DNA of 64,000 nt from assembly GCF_009914755.1 (NCBI RefSeq), contig NC_060928.1, one strand, 5' to 3'. The notes beneath the pieces are model-generated. The model searched no databases. It saw nothing but the letters and a program-made list of their open reading frames with translations, and had not been told where the DNA came from. Source of the stretch: the human T2T-CHM13v2.0 reference genome, Homo sapiens. A program made the translations under genes and the position numbers. Shown here piece after piece: positions 1-14,537 of this stretch (the stretch's first letter is position 1; the number at the start of each line of letters is the position of its first letter).

Positions 1-3000
1 AGCAGGACTAATTCCTCACACAAAATGACAACCTTGAAGGTAAATGATTTGAATTCCCCAATTAAAAGGTATAGACTGACTGAATGAATTAAAAAAAAGA
101 AAAAAAAAAAAACAAGATCCATCTGTCTGCTACCTACAAGAAACTCATTTGATCTGTAGATAAACAAACTGAAAGGGAAAGGATGGAAAATGATATTCCA
201 TGTGAAAAAAAAACACAAAAGTATGAAGAAAAGCAAGCATATATCACATAAAATAGACTTTAAGTCAAAAACATAAAAAGAAACAAAGAAAGCCATTCTA
301 TGATAAAGAGATCTATTCAGCAAGATGATAAAACAATAGCAAATATATATGCACCCAATACTGCCCAAATATCAAATATTATTAGAGCTTAAGAATGAGA
401 TAAACTCCAGTACGATAATAGCTGAGGCCTTCAATATCTCATTTTCAGCATTGAACAGATCACCTAGAGAAAAAAACAACAAAGAAACATTGGACTCAAA
501 CTGTGCTATAGACCAAATGGACCTAACAGCCATTTACAAAAAATTTCATCCAACAGCTGCAGAATACACATACTTTGCATCAGTACATGGAACATTCTCC
601 AGGATATGTTATCCCACAAAACAAATTTCAACAAATACAAAATTTGAAATCACATCAAGTATTTTCTCAGACCACAGTGGAATAAAACTAGAAATCAATA
701 ACAAAAGGAACACTGGAAACCATACAAATACATAAAAATTAAACAATATGCTCCTGAATGATCTTTGGATCAATGAAGAAAAAAACATTTTGGAACAGAC
801 AAAAATGGAAACAGCTCATACCAAAAGCTATGGAATTAAAAACATTACTAACAGGGAAGTTTATAGTAATAAATGCCCACATCAAAAAAGTAGAAACATT
901 TCAAATAAACAACCTAATGATGCACTGTACCTCAAAAAACTGGAACAATAAGAACTCAAACCCCAAATTAGTAGAGGAAAATAAATAATAAAGACCAGCA
1001 CAAAACTAAGCAGAACAGAGACTTTAAAAACAGCACAAAAGGTCAATGAAATGAAAAGTTGGTTTCTTGAAAAGATAAACACAATCAACAAATCATTAAT
1101 GAAACTCAGAAAAAAAAGAGAGGAGACCCAAATAAATAAAATCAGAAACAAAAAAGGAAACTTTATAACTGATAGTAGAGAAACACAAAGGATCATTGAG
1201 ACTATTATGAACAACTATACACCAACCAAGTAGAAAACCTGAGAAAATGGATAAATTCCTTGACACACATAACCTACCAAGATTGAACCAGGGAGAAATA
1301 TAAAACATGAATGGACCAATAATGAATAATGAGATTGAATTAGTTATAATAAATCCTCCAGCAAAAGAAAGCCCATGATCAGATGACATTACTGTGAAAT
1401 TCTAACAAATTTTTAATGGTGAACTAATACCAATTCTCCTCAAACTATTCCAAAAAATTGAAGATAAAGGAATTCTTACTAACTCATCCTATGAGGCCAG
1501 CATTACCCTGATAAAAAAATCAGACAAAAACACAATAAAAAAAGAAAACAGAACAATATCCCTCATGAATATAGTTTCAAAGCTCTTCAATAGATACTAG
1601 CAAGCCAAATCCAACAGCACATCAAAAACATAATACACCCAATCAAGTGAGATTTATCCCAGTAATGCAAGGATAGTTCAACATATGCAAATCAGTAAAT
1701 GTGATACATTACATTAATGGAATGGAAATAAACCATATAATCATCTTAATAAATGAAGAAAAAGCACTTGATAAAATTCAACATGCTTTCATGATAAAAA
1801 CTCTCAACAAATTAAGCATAGAAGAAATACACCTCAACACAATAAAGACCATATATGACAAACCCAGAAATAACATCATACCGAATGGGGAAAAGCTGAA
1901 AGACTCTTCTCTAAGAACTGGAACAAAACAAGGGATGTCCACTTTCACCACTTTTATTCAACAGAATACTGGAAGTTTTAACCAAAGCAATTAGGCAAGA
2001 GAATAAAATTAAGGGAATCCAAATTGATAAAAACGGACTCAAACTGTTCTTTGCACACAACATGATCTTATATGCAGAAAAACCTAAAGACTTCATGAAA
2101 AAATTCTTAAAACTAATAAGCAAATTCAGTGAGGTTGTAGAATACAAAAACAACATACAAAAGTCAGTCGCATTTTTATACACCAATAATGAACTAGCTG
2201 AAACAGAAATCAAGAAAGTGATTCCATTTATAATAGCTACAAAAATTAATATACCTGGGAATAAATGTAACCAAAGAGGTAAAAGATATCTACAATGAAA
2301 ACTACACTAATTTAAGAAATTAAAGAGGACACACACAAAAATGTAAAGACATTCCATACTCATGAATTGAAATAATTAATATTGTTAAAATGATTACACT
2401 ACCCAAAGCAATCTACAAATTTAGTGCAATTTCTATCAAAACATCAGTGTCAGAAATAGAAAAAGCATTCCTAATGTTTGTATAGAACCACAAGAAAAAA
2501 AAACATGAATAGACAAAGGAATGCTAAACAAAAAGAACAAAACTGAAGACATTATACTACCTGACAAAGTGTGAAATTACCTTACAAAGTCATATCAACC
2601 AAAATAGCATGACAAAACATGTAAAAGCAGACATATAGACCAACGAAACAGTATAGTTACACCAGACATAAATTTATGTGTTTACAGTCAGCTAATTTTT
2701 TACAAAGATTCCAAGAGCATACATTGGGACATTCTCTTCAATAAACGGTGTTGGGAAAATAGAGTATCCATATGCAGAAGAAGAAAACTAGATCCCTATT
2801 CCTCACCATTAAAATGGATTAAAGGCTTAAATATAAGACCCAAAACTATAAAACCAGTAGAAAAAAAGCATATGTAAACACTTCAGGACATTGGTCTAGG
2901 CAAAGATTTTATGGCTAAGACCTCAAAAGCACAGGCAACAAAATCAGAAATAAACCAATGGGACTATAACAAACTAAAAAGCTTCTGCACAGGAAAAGAA

Positions 3001-3155
3001 AACAAAAAAGCAAAGACACAATCTTTAGAATGCGAGAAAATATCTGCAAACTATTTCTTTAACAAGGAACAAATATCCAGAATATATTTTTAAAAGCTCA
3101 ACATTACTAATCATCAGGGAAATGCAAGTCAAAACCACAGTGAGATACCATCTCA

Positions 3156-4505
3156 TCTCTTTGGGAAAAAAAAACAGTTTTCCTCTGCTTTCACACCACA
3201 ACAATCATAACACAGACGAAGACTTCTGTGACAAAATGTGTGGGGAGTGGGGAGGGGAGCAATTCACCAAGTGCACAATCAGTTCTGTGCAGACATCAGA
3301 TGGGTGTCCTACAATTCAATTCCAACACTATCTACTGGACATAATGTCATATCCCACAGGTTGTGGGCTCAGTCCCAAAAACTGTCCTGCCTCCTTCAGA
3401 AACCAGTTGCAACTCCAGGCCTCCAGAACTTCTGATGAATGGGATTTAGGTTGGGGTTCCCATGACCCCCTATTTGGGTTTGATTAATTTTCTAGAGTAG
3501 CTCACAAAATTCAGGGAAACATTTACTTACATTTAACAGTTTATTATAAAGGAAATTGATATGGTTTGGCTCTGTGTCCCCACCCAAATCTCATGTCAAA
3601 TTGTAATTCCCAGTGTTTGAAGAAAGGCCTTGTGGGAGGTGATTGAATCATGGGGGCAGACTCCCTCCTTGCTGTTCTCATAATAGAGTTCTCATGAGAT
3701 CTGTTTGTTTGAAAGTGTGTAGCACTTCCCGCTTTGTTCTCTCTCTCTCCTGCTGCCCATGTGAAGATGTGTCTGCTTCCCCTTCATCTTCCGCCATGAT
3801 TGTAGGTTTTCTGAGACCTCCCCAGAAGCAGAAGCCTGTATGAGCCCATGGAACCATGGGCCAATTAAACCTCTTTCCTTTAAAATTACCCAGTCTCAGG
3901 TATGTCTTTATAGCAGTGCAAGAACAGACTAATACAGATATTATAAGGCAAGGTATGTGTGAAGAAGCATGGAGATCCCATGCCTTTCCTGGATACACCA
4001 CTCTGTGGTAATGTTCATGTGTTCAGTTATCAGAAAGCTCCCCAAATCCTGTCTTCTTTTACCTTTTATGGAGATGTCATTGGATAGGCATGATTGACAA
4101 CCACGTAGAAATGTGACTGGACGTAAAAGGTATGTTCTAAACCCAGCAAAGCCTGTCTTTACAGATTCTTCTTGGCCTCTCTGAGCAGCATTTCTTACTC
4201 CAGCGTTTGGGGCAGGACCCTGTCTTAAATGAGGGTCTTATCACCCACAATTAAATACAGTCCTAAGATTCTGCTTCATTACAACAAAAAATGGTAACAA
4301 GGGATATGGGAGTTATAAGCCAAAAACCATGGACAAATATACTTGTCCTCCAGAACTTCTCTTGAACTGGGTTTAAGTTGGGGTTCCCATGATCCCCTCT
4401 TTGGGTTTGATTAATTTGCTAGAGTAGCTCACAAAACTCAGGGAAACACTTTACTTACATTTACCAATATATTTATATCTAAACATATATACAAATAACA
4501 TCACA
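3156..4505 (-). mobile_element. MER21-like ERVL LTR inserted in the L1
   Basis: Interrupts L1 between 'gataccatctca' and 'tcaccccagg'; ends ...aacatcaca (reverse TGTGATG start); resembles recalled MER21 consensus; left boundary approximate. Confidence 0.7.
3557..3936 (+). mobile_element. MSTA-like MaLR solo LTR nested in the MER21-like LTR
   Basis: TGATATGGTTTGGCTCTGTGTCCCCACCCAAATCTC...AATACA termini; 5-bp TSD gaaat/gatat. Confidence 0.9.
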
Positions 4506-5489
4506 TCACCCCAGGTAGACAAGCTATTATCAAAAAGGCAAAAAATAAGAATTGCTGGTAAGGATGCAGAAAAAAGAGAACTCTTAAACACTATTGGCGC
4601 CAATTAAACCACTACAGCCATTATGGACAATGGTATGTAGGTTTCTCCAAAAACTAAAAATACCATATGATCTAGCAATCCCACTACTGGGTATTTATCA
4701 AAGAAAAGGAAATCAATGTGTCAAAGGGATACCTGTACCTCCATGTTTATTGCAGCACTATTCACAATAGCAAAGATATGGAATCAATCTAAATGTCCAT
4801 CAGTGGATGAACGGATAAAGAAAATGTGGTATATATTCACAATAGAAGACTATTCAACCATTAAAATAATGAAATCCTGTCATTTGTGGCAACAAAGATG
4901 AGCCTGGAGGACATTATGTTAAGTGAAATAAGAAAGACACAAAAAGATAAATACCATGTGTTCTCACTCACGTATGGGAGCTAAAAAATATAGCTCATAG
5001 AAGTATTATGAGCTATATTTATTATTATAGTATTATTATCCTCTATTATCATTAGAGGATGAGAAGGGTGGCAGGAGAGGAAGATAGGGAGAGACTAGTT
5101 AAAATATACAAAGTTACAGCTATATGGGAGGAATAAGTTCTAGTGTTATTTAACACTCTAGAGTGAATATGGTTAACAATAATTTAGTGTATATTTTCAA
5201 AAAGCTAGAAGAGAGAATATTGAATGTTCACAACTCAAACAAATGATCAATGTTCTAAGTGATGGATATAATTACCCTGATTTGATCCTTACACATTGTA
5301 TGCACTGTATGCCATAAATATACAAAATTATTACATGTCAACTAAAAAATAAAAGGAAAAAAAATTTAGGGTGAGATGAGTAGATATATGGCACTTTTAG
5401 CTAATTAATACCTAGACTTCTTTAAAGAGCTTCCTTGCTATTCCCAGGGAAAGCTTCAAGTAGACTTTTCTTTCTTACCTAGTTTGCTA

Positions 5490-5650
5490 ATAGTTTTCAA
5501 ACTTCAGTTACATAAGATTTACTTAGGGATGATTATGGAAAATACAGAATCCAATGACTTTCATTCCGAAGGTCTGGGGTGAGGCCCAAGAATCAGCAGT
5601 TTTAACAAACATTCCAAGTTAGTGTACCACACTTTGAGAAACATCACTGT
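5490..5650. mobile_element. MER5-like hAT-Charlie MITE remnant
   Basis: 'ggtctggggtgaggcccaagaatc...ttttaacaa...ccacactttgagaaaca' typical of MER5A/B. Confidence 0.6.
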
Positions 5651-7099
5651 AGAGTGAAGTAATAATATAAACTTCCTGTATTTACAAGAGGATCTTGCCC
5701 TTATGAAAGTTGGAAAAAATAGGATAATAATATGTTTTTTAGACCCATGTTCTCTGTATTGTGATTTTTTTCAATGACATGTGTTTGCCCTAGGGGTCTG
5801 AAGAATATTTTAACTTTTTTGTTGTTCTATTCACTGTTGTTTACTGATGTCTACTCCTAAAGGAAATGTTTTTAAAAGGTACAGAAACACAACTACACAG
5901 AGATACGATCTATATTTTAAAGGAAGATTTGGTTTTAGACCTTTCTCAGATGTGTTTAGGGAGTTGAGTTCATATTCAGTTCTAAAAGCATCAACCCTCA
6001 GTGGACACCAGTGTTGTAGTCAGCCAAGTTGAAATCATTGTACAAGGACGTATTTTCAGCAAGTTCCAGACTTCATTCAAAAGGGAAAAAAAGTTTCTTG
6101 TACTTTGTCTTCATAAAGAGTAGCTGCTGTAACTTCGAAGGGGAAAAAAAAAATCACAGGAACTAGAAGTATTGATATCTGATTTAAAATGCAAAAAACA
6201 AAAAAAAGGATTACAAGAGAAAAGGAGCAAAATGTGTTCAGTGTGCCAAATGCAAGCATGGTAATAATCTGTAAGCATTTAGAAGATATAATGAATATTT
6301 CCTTAGGAGGAAGAGTCATCATGTAGTTGAGTGCAGGGTGCTAGGACAAGGAGAAATGGGTCCTGATTTCTGTGTAATTTTCTATCAAACTCAAAGTTGC
6401 TGATTACATAGTTTCAGCCATTTTTGAAAAATGTTTTTGGCACACACAAGCAAAGCTCTTAACTAATCCAGGACTGCTGATGTGAATGCAGCAAGAATTT
6501 ATTTACAATTAGGTCTAACAGTCCCAAAGGTAAATCTATTTTTTAAAGTCATTAGGAAACTTACCTCTGCAAAAATTCTACTTTCCCCTCCCCCAAGGGT
6601 GTCAACTTGGGATAGGTGAATCAAATAATAAATTTGCTGAGTAGCACAAATACTAGTGAAGACTTTGCAGCTCTCATGATTTCTGCTACCTTTTAAAAGC
6701 TTACACGTTCTGTTTCCCTTTCAGTAAGCTATACTAACCAAGAAACCCAGGAAAACACAGACGTTTGCTGGCATGAAAGATAATTTATAATTCCAGAGTA
6801 AAAAATGCTATTTATCTACTGTCATCTTCAGGCTACATGCCTCATCTGCATTCATATTTTAATGTTGATTGATAATATTTCTTGCTTCTTTCATTGTAGT
6901 TTCCTCCCCAAGATTTATTTTCTCAGAAAGGTCACTTCCACACTACTGTATTTCTGAGACTACATCTTTCTACCTTGCCAGGATATTTTTTCCTTATTAC
7001 TTTACCACATTATGTATTATTAATTAAAAAAACTGATTTGAAGTCATTTATAGCATAGTCAAGTGTTTGTCTAAGGATATTTCCATGCAATGGGAATTT

Positions 7100-7245
7100 T
7101 TTGAGTTTGGTCTACAGAGCAGAAACATCAGTATCACCTAGAAGAAATGCACAATCTCAGGATTCATCCCAGATCTGCAGAATAAGAATCTTCATTTTCA
7201 CAAGATCCCACAGTGATTTATGTACACTTTAAAGTTAGAGAAGTA
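7100..7245. mobile_element. MER5A-like MITE remnant
   Basis: 'catcagtatcacctagaagaaatgcacaatctcagg...cattttcacaagatccc...aaagttagagaagt'. Confidence 0.6.
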
Positions 7246-7390
7246 GAAGGTTTTACAAGGTCAATGACTGTAGTGAGGAGCCCCCATCTAGCCCCACTAC
7301 TCCTAGGATTCTGAGTCTGCCATGCCTTAAGAGATTGTTCTCTACAGATTCGGTGGTGGATCTGCCAGAGATATTTCTCCTGTGTTTTCT

Positions 7391-7575
7391 CTAGTGGGAA
7401 GAGTACCAGGGTATCATTTAGCATTCTGTCACTCTGTCCAGGGCAAGACCCATAGACAGTAACATTCTGAAGAGAACCAACTAACTCTTCTCTACCATTA
7501 TATCTCTACTGCTAGAAAGCAGTGACTGGCATATAATAGCTGTTCGCAAATAAAATGCAATTGGAATCCTAGAAG
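7391..7575 (+). repeat. Copy 1 of a ~185-bp dispersed direct repeat
   Basis: Colinear with 8885-9069 from 'ctagtg' to 'ggaatcctagaag'. Confidence 0.92.
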
Positions 7576-8884
7576 CACCAAAATCATTGGTGAAATATTT
7601 AAACATTTCAACAACTTGAAAGAAATGTATGGTCAACATGAAATTACCTACCCTCGTAGTTTCATTGCTACTGATCAAGTCAAAAGTATTGTTTTGTAAG
7701 ATATATAGTCTACTCCAAATCTAAGTCTTGACAAAAGCATAGTACACTTTGGTTAGGCTACTGACTCCAAGCTACTTACTGACATCATAGAACATGTATT
7801 CTAAACTTTTGAGGACTTGTTTAGACCTAATTATATGATAAGCAAATGGTGGAAACCCAATAAATGCTACTGACAGGCTGACAAGATTTACTCACCACTG
7901 GCTTGAGTCTTTGTGACTCAGTTCAGCCTCAAAGGAAAAGAATTCACGGCCTTCCCCATCCACTCTGTAGCTGGGCAGCCTTTCACCAATGCAGAGAACT
8001 AATTGCTTCTTTGTCTTTGGCTTGCATATCGCTTATTACTGGCATGACGTTCCAGTACCCAAGAAGCACAAATAGTGATCCCTGAAGCTGCTTTAACCTT
8101 TTCAAACTCTAACAACTTGATTGTATGCTTCATTACACTCCTCAGGATGACAGTCTGAAACAGAGAATTCCACCAGCATCCTTCATTAGTACTTTCTCCC
8201 CCTTCCCAAGATACCAAATGTCCTGCAAGTACAGGCAGAAACTTCAGCATCCATCCCTCAGTATTTTAGTGCTTCCTGTTCCTGGGCACATTTCCTAACT
8301 ATTAAATCATGTGTGTGTTTTGAAAACCATAAGCTCAATGAGCTTTGCCCACTCCAGCTTGCCCCAGGGCATATAAACCCGTCACTAGAAAATTCCTCTC
8401 TATGGGGGTTTTCTTTCACAAAGCAACAACATTAGCAAAAACTCAAAAGCTCACAAAACTGAGATAAGGTAAATAGAAACGAAAACAATTCTAAAAAGGC
8501 TGGAAAGATTTACTGAAATTACAATTACCATCATATTTGGTATAGGATATGAAGTTCCTGCTAATCTGATCCTTGCCTTGCACACTCACCACCAGCGGTC
8601 CCCATATCCCAGCCTATGCACTGCATCCCCTGCTGGCTATGCATCCTCACAAAGACACACTATAGCTGTTCACACTTGGGTCTTCCACTCTACTGGGTAA
8701 ATGTCTACTCTTCTGTGACAGCCTTGCTCAAATAACTTCTATCAACCCTACTTAAACCACAGGTCATTTTCCATCCTGCAAGCAATGTATAAATTTATAT
8801 AAACCCTAGTTTAGTGCATTTCATATTTATGATAATCATTTACATATGTCTCTACCCTAGAATGCAGGATATTTTTACATTCTT

Positions 8885-9069
8885 CTAGTGAGAAGAGTAG
8901 TAGGGTGTCATTTAGTACTCTGTCACTCTGTCCAGGGCAAGCCACATAGACAGTAACATCCTAATAAGAAACAACTACACCTCCTCTACGATTATGTCTC
9001 TACTGCCAGAGAGCAGTGACTGGCATGTAATAAGTGTTCACAAATAAAATGTATATGGAATCCTAGAAG
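8885..9069 (+). repeat. Copy 2 of the ~185-bp direct repeat, embedded in a probable L2 remnant (~8650-9135)
   Basis: Colinear with 7391-7575, roughly 80% identical by eye. Confidence 0.92.
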
Positions 9070-12000
9070 TATTTAGTTAGTTGGCACTACATATCCAGTG
9101 CCCATTTAAGTAAGTACTTGACACTGAATAAACAAGGAAACAAAAAATAATCACTAGGTTATGCCTAAAATTAGAGACATTTTAGGAAACATTTAAGACC
9201 CACTAATATGCCTTCATAATTAGACAAAAATTCTATTAATAACGTAAATGTAAAAATGTTTCCTGTAATAAAAGCGTAATAACACAAACATGTGAAACCA
9301 TTAGGTCACTCGCCTTTGAGAAGTTTAAAAATAAAACTACAGAAATTGCTCCTATTTGGCAGGAGTTAATGAATTCTGTTTATCTCAACCAGAAGCAATA
9401 ATGCTATTAATTTGAATGACTGAGCGGCATCTCAGTCTTTACATAGTCCAATTTCCTCATATAGTCCCATAATCATATTATTTTTCTGAAAATTTTGCTT
9501 AAATACTAATATGAGAGCATCCCGAAGCAAACCAAAAATGATATAATTTTATTATATTTTCAAGTTAGCAATGCCGTAAAAAAAAAATTAAGAAATAAAA
9601 TTAGGGTCTAGAAAAATACCTTCAGTGGGCCAGGGCCAAGATGGCTGACTAGAAGCAGTGGCGATCAGAGGCTCCCATAGAAAAGAACCATAATAGTTGT
9701 GAATCCTGTACTGCAACCAAGGTATCCAGGTTCTCTCATCAGAACTGACTAGGCAGCTGGCATGATCCACGGAAAGGAAGGAAGAGCAGTGTGGTGCAGT
9801 GGCCCACCTGAGAGCCACATGGAGCAGGGGAGCCCCCACCCCTTAGCCAAGGGAGGTGGTGAGTAAGCATGCTACCCAGCCAGGGAAAACATGCTTTTCC
9901 CATGGAACCATGCAACCCATAGATCGGAAGATCCCACTGGTGAATCCATGCAACTGAGGCCTAGGGTCCCAAACTTGGAGGCATGCAGATTCTCAACAGC
10001 CTCTCAGCTAGAATCTGCTTAAGCCTGCTGAGTTTTCTGGGGGAGGGGGATCAGCACCAGAGTTGTGGCTGCCTGATGTCTAAGCCTTTTAAGCTCCTTG
10101 TGGGAGGGGCAACAGCCAGCACTGAGACTCATAACTCCCTAACATGCTAAGCTCCCTGGGTGGGGGAAGGACAGCATCCATCTCTATAGATCCAATCCAT
10201 GCTTTTCCCCTGCTGGAGCCAGGGAGACTGGACAGCTTGGTTCCAAGAGGTGTGCCCCACAGCCCAACATACCAGCTGTGGCAGACTGCAGCCAGAGCAC
10301 CTCTTCAGGCCTGACCCTGACTCATCCTTCCTCATTGGGCAGGGCCTCCCTGCAGGAAGGCCAACAACTCTAGCCAGAGGCTCAGGGACAGAAACCTGAG
10401 CTCCCTGGGCCTGAGCCCCTAGGGGGTGGGGTCACCACAGTCTCTGTGGACCAGCAGACTTACCCTTTCCTCCTGGTAGTTCTGAGGAATCAAGGCAGCC
10501 CAGATGAGTGAGTATCCCCCAAGCAAAGCACACCACCTCCATCGAGGGACAGTCAAAGTGCTTTGTTAAACGGGTCCTGTTCCCCATGCCACCCAAATAG
10601 GCAAGACCCTTCAACAGGGGTTGTCAGACACCCTATACAGAATTGATCCTACTGGCATCAGGTTTGTGCCCCTTGAGGTCAGAGATCCCAGAAGAAGGAG
10701 AAGACACCCATCTTTGTTATTCTCCAGCCTCTTTCAGTGGCATCTCCAGGCACGGGAGCAAACCAGATGAATAGAGCCTGTATTGAACCCCAAGCAAACC
10801 ACAGCAGCCCTACAGAAGAGGGACCTGACCTTTGAAAGAAAAACAAACAAACAGAAAGCAACAACAACAGCATCAACAACAACAAAAAAGTCCCCACAAA
10901 AACCCCATCCAAGGGTTAGCAGCCTCAAAGATCAAACCTGGACAAACTCATGAAGATGAGAAAGAATCAATGAAAATATGCTGAAACCCGTAAGGCCAGA
11001 GTGTCTCTTCTCCTCCAAATGATTGCAATGTCTCTGCAGCAAGGGTGAAGAACTGGACGGAGGATAAGATGGGCAAATTGACAGAAGTAGGCTTCAGGTG
11101 ATGAGTAATAAGAAACTCCTCTTAGCTAAAGGAACATGTTTTAACCCAATGCAAAGAAGCTAAGAACCTTGATAAAAGGTTAGGGGAGTTGCTAACTAGA
11201 ATAACCAGTTTGGAGAGGAACATAAATGACCTGGTGGAGCTGAAAAACACAGCACAAGAACTTCGAGACGCATACACAAGTATCAATAGCCGAATCAACC
11301 AAGTGAAAGAAAGGATATCAGAGTTTGAAGACCACCTTGCTGAAATAAGGCATGCAGACAAGATTAGAGAAAAAATAATGAAACAGAACTAACAAAGCCT
11401 CCAAGAAATATGGGACTACATAAAAAGACCAAACTTAAAATTGATTGCAGTACATGAAGGAGACAGGGATAATGGAAACAAGCTGGAAAACACACTTCAG
11501 GATGTTATCCAGGAGAATTTCCCCAACCTAGCAAGATAAGACAACATGCAAATTCAGGAAATACAGAGAACACCACTAAGATAGTCCATGAGAAGATCAA
11601 CCCCAAGACACAAAATTATCAGATTCTCAAAGGTTGAAATGAAGGAAAAACGTTAAAGGGAACCAGAGAGAAAAGCCAGGTCACCTACAAGGGAAGCCTA
11701 TCAGACTAACAGTACACCTCTCAGCAGAAACCCTACAAGCCAGAAAAGAGGGCCAATATTCAACATTCCTAAAGAAAAGAATTTTCAACCCAGAATTTCA
11801 TATCCAGCCAAACTAAGCTTCATAAATGAAGGAGAAATAAAATCCTTTACAGACAAATAAATACTGAGGGAACTCATCACCACCATGCTTACATCGCAAG
11901 AGCTCCTGAGGAAAGCACTAAATATGGAAAGAAAAAAAACAGTAGCAACCACTGCAAAAACCACACCAAAATATAAAGATTAATGATGTTATGAAGAAAC

Positions 12001-13567
12001 TGCATCAACTAGTGTGCAAAATAACCAGAGAGCATCATGATGACAGGATCAAATTTACACATAACATATTAACCTTAAATGTAAATGGGTTATACGCCCC
12101 AATTAAAAGACACAGGCTGGCAAATTGGATAAAGAGTCAAGACATATTGATGTGCTGTATTCAGGAGACCCATCTCACATGCAAAGACACACGTAGGCTC
12201 AAAATAAAGGGATGGAGGAAAATTTACCAAGCAAATAGAAAGAAAAAAAAAAAAGCAGGGGTTGCAATCCTAGTCTCTGATAAAACAGGCTTTAAACCAA
12301 CAAACGGCAAAAAAGACAAAGAAGGGCATTACATAATGGTAAAGGGATCAATGCAACAAGAAGAGCTAACTATTCTAAATATATATGTACCCAATACAGG
12401 AGCACCCAGATTCCTAAAACAGGTTCTTAGAGACCTACAAAGAGATTCAGACTCCCACACAATAATAGCGGGAGACTTTAACATCCCACTGTCAATATTA
12501 GACAGATCAACAAGACAGAAAATTAACAAGGATATTCAGGACATGAACTCAGCTCTGGATCAAGTGAACCTAATAGACATCTACAGAACTCTGCATGACA
12601 AATCAACAGAATATACATTCTTCTCAGTGCCACATGTCACTTATTCTAAAATTGACCACATAATTGGAAGTAAAACACTGCTCAGCAAAAGCAAAAGAAG
12701 TGAAATCATAACAAACAGTCTCACAGACCACAGTGCAATCAAATTAGAACTCAAGATTAAGAAACTCACTCAAAACCACACAATTACATGAAAATTGAAC
12801 AACCTGCTCCTGAATGAATCCTAGGTAAATAATGAAATTAAGGCAGAAATCAAGTTCTTTGAAATCAATGAGAACAAAGAGACAACGTACCAGTATCTCT
12901 GAGACACAGCTAAAGCAGTGTTAAGAGGGAAATTTATAGCACTAAATGCCCACATCAGAATGCCAGAAAGATCTCAAACTGACACCCTAACATCACAACT
13001 AAAGGAGTTAGAGAAGCAAGAGCAAACTAATCCAAAAGCTAGCAGAAGACAGAGCAGAATCGAAGGAGATAGAAACATGAAAAAGCCTCCAAAAAAATCA
13101 ATGAATCCAGGAGCTTGTTTTCTGAAAAAATTAACAAAATAGGCCACTAGCTAGAGTAATAAAAAAGAGAGAAAAATAAAATAGACACAATAAAAAGTGA
13201 TAAAAGGGATATCACCACTGACACCACAGAAATACAAACTACCATCGGAAAATACTATAAACGCTTCTACACAAATAAACTAGAAAATTGAGAAGAAAAG
13301 TATAAATTCCTGGACACATACACCCTTCCAACTCTAAACCAGGAAGAAGTTGAATCCCTGAATAGACCAATAACAAGTTCTGAAATTGAGGCAGTAATGA
13401 ATAGCCTACCAATCAAAAAAAAAAAAAACCTAGGACCAGACAGATTCACAGCCGAATTCTACCAGAGGTACAAACAGGAGTGGTACCATTCCTTCTGAAA
13501 CTATTCCAAACAATTGAAAAGAAGGGACTCTTCTCTAACTCATTTTATGTAGCCAGCATCATCCTGA

Positions 13568-13666
<99 letters not shown>

Positions 13667-13999
13667 TGAATCCAGCACCACATCAAAAAACATCCACCAT
13701 GATCAAACCAGCTTCATCCCTGGGATGCAAGGCTGGTTCAACATATGCAAATCAATAAATGTAATCCATCACATAAACAGAACCAAAGACAAAAACCACA
13801 TGATTATCTCAATAAATGCACAAAAGGCCTTTAATAAAATTCAACATCCCTTCATGTTAAAAACTCTCAGTAAACTAGGTATTGATGGAATATATCTCAA
13901 AATAATAAGAGCTATTTATGACAAACCCATAGCTAATATCATACTGAATGGGCAAAAGCTGGAAGCATTCCCTTTGAAAACGGTACAAGACAAGGATGA

Positions 14000-14537
<538 letters not shown>

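Larger units (their letters stand above)
1..5364 (+). mobile_element. Old LINE-1 (L1MA-type), ORF2 endonuclease/RT region through 3'UTR and A-rich tail; decayed; interrupted by an LTR at ~3156-4505
   Basis: ORF fragments resemble L1 ORF2 (DQMDLTAIYKKFHPTAAEYTYFASVHGTFS; DKIQHAFMIKTLNKL; [19 protein letters not shown]); L1MA-style 3'UTR 5050-5345; A-rich end ~5345-5364. Confidence 0.93.

Noticed and set aside
6555-6700. Minus-strand donor (AG|GTAAGT at ~6560) suggesting an exon
   Set aside because: No convincing acceptor and stops in the frames examined.
11991-12791. 266-aa ORF with endonuclease motifs
   Set aside because: Fragment of L1 ORF2 in a multiply disrupted element; not a host gene and not retrotransposition competent.
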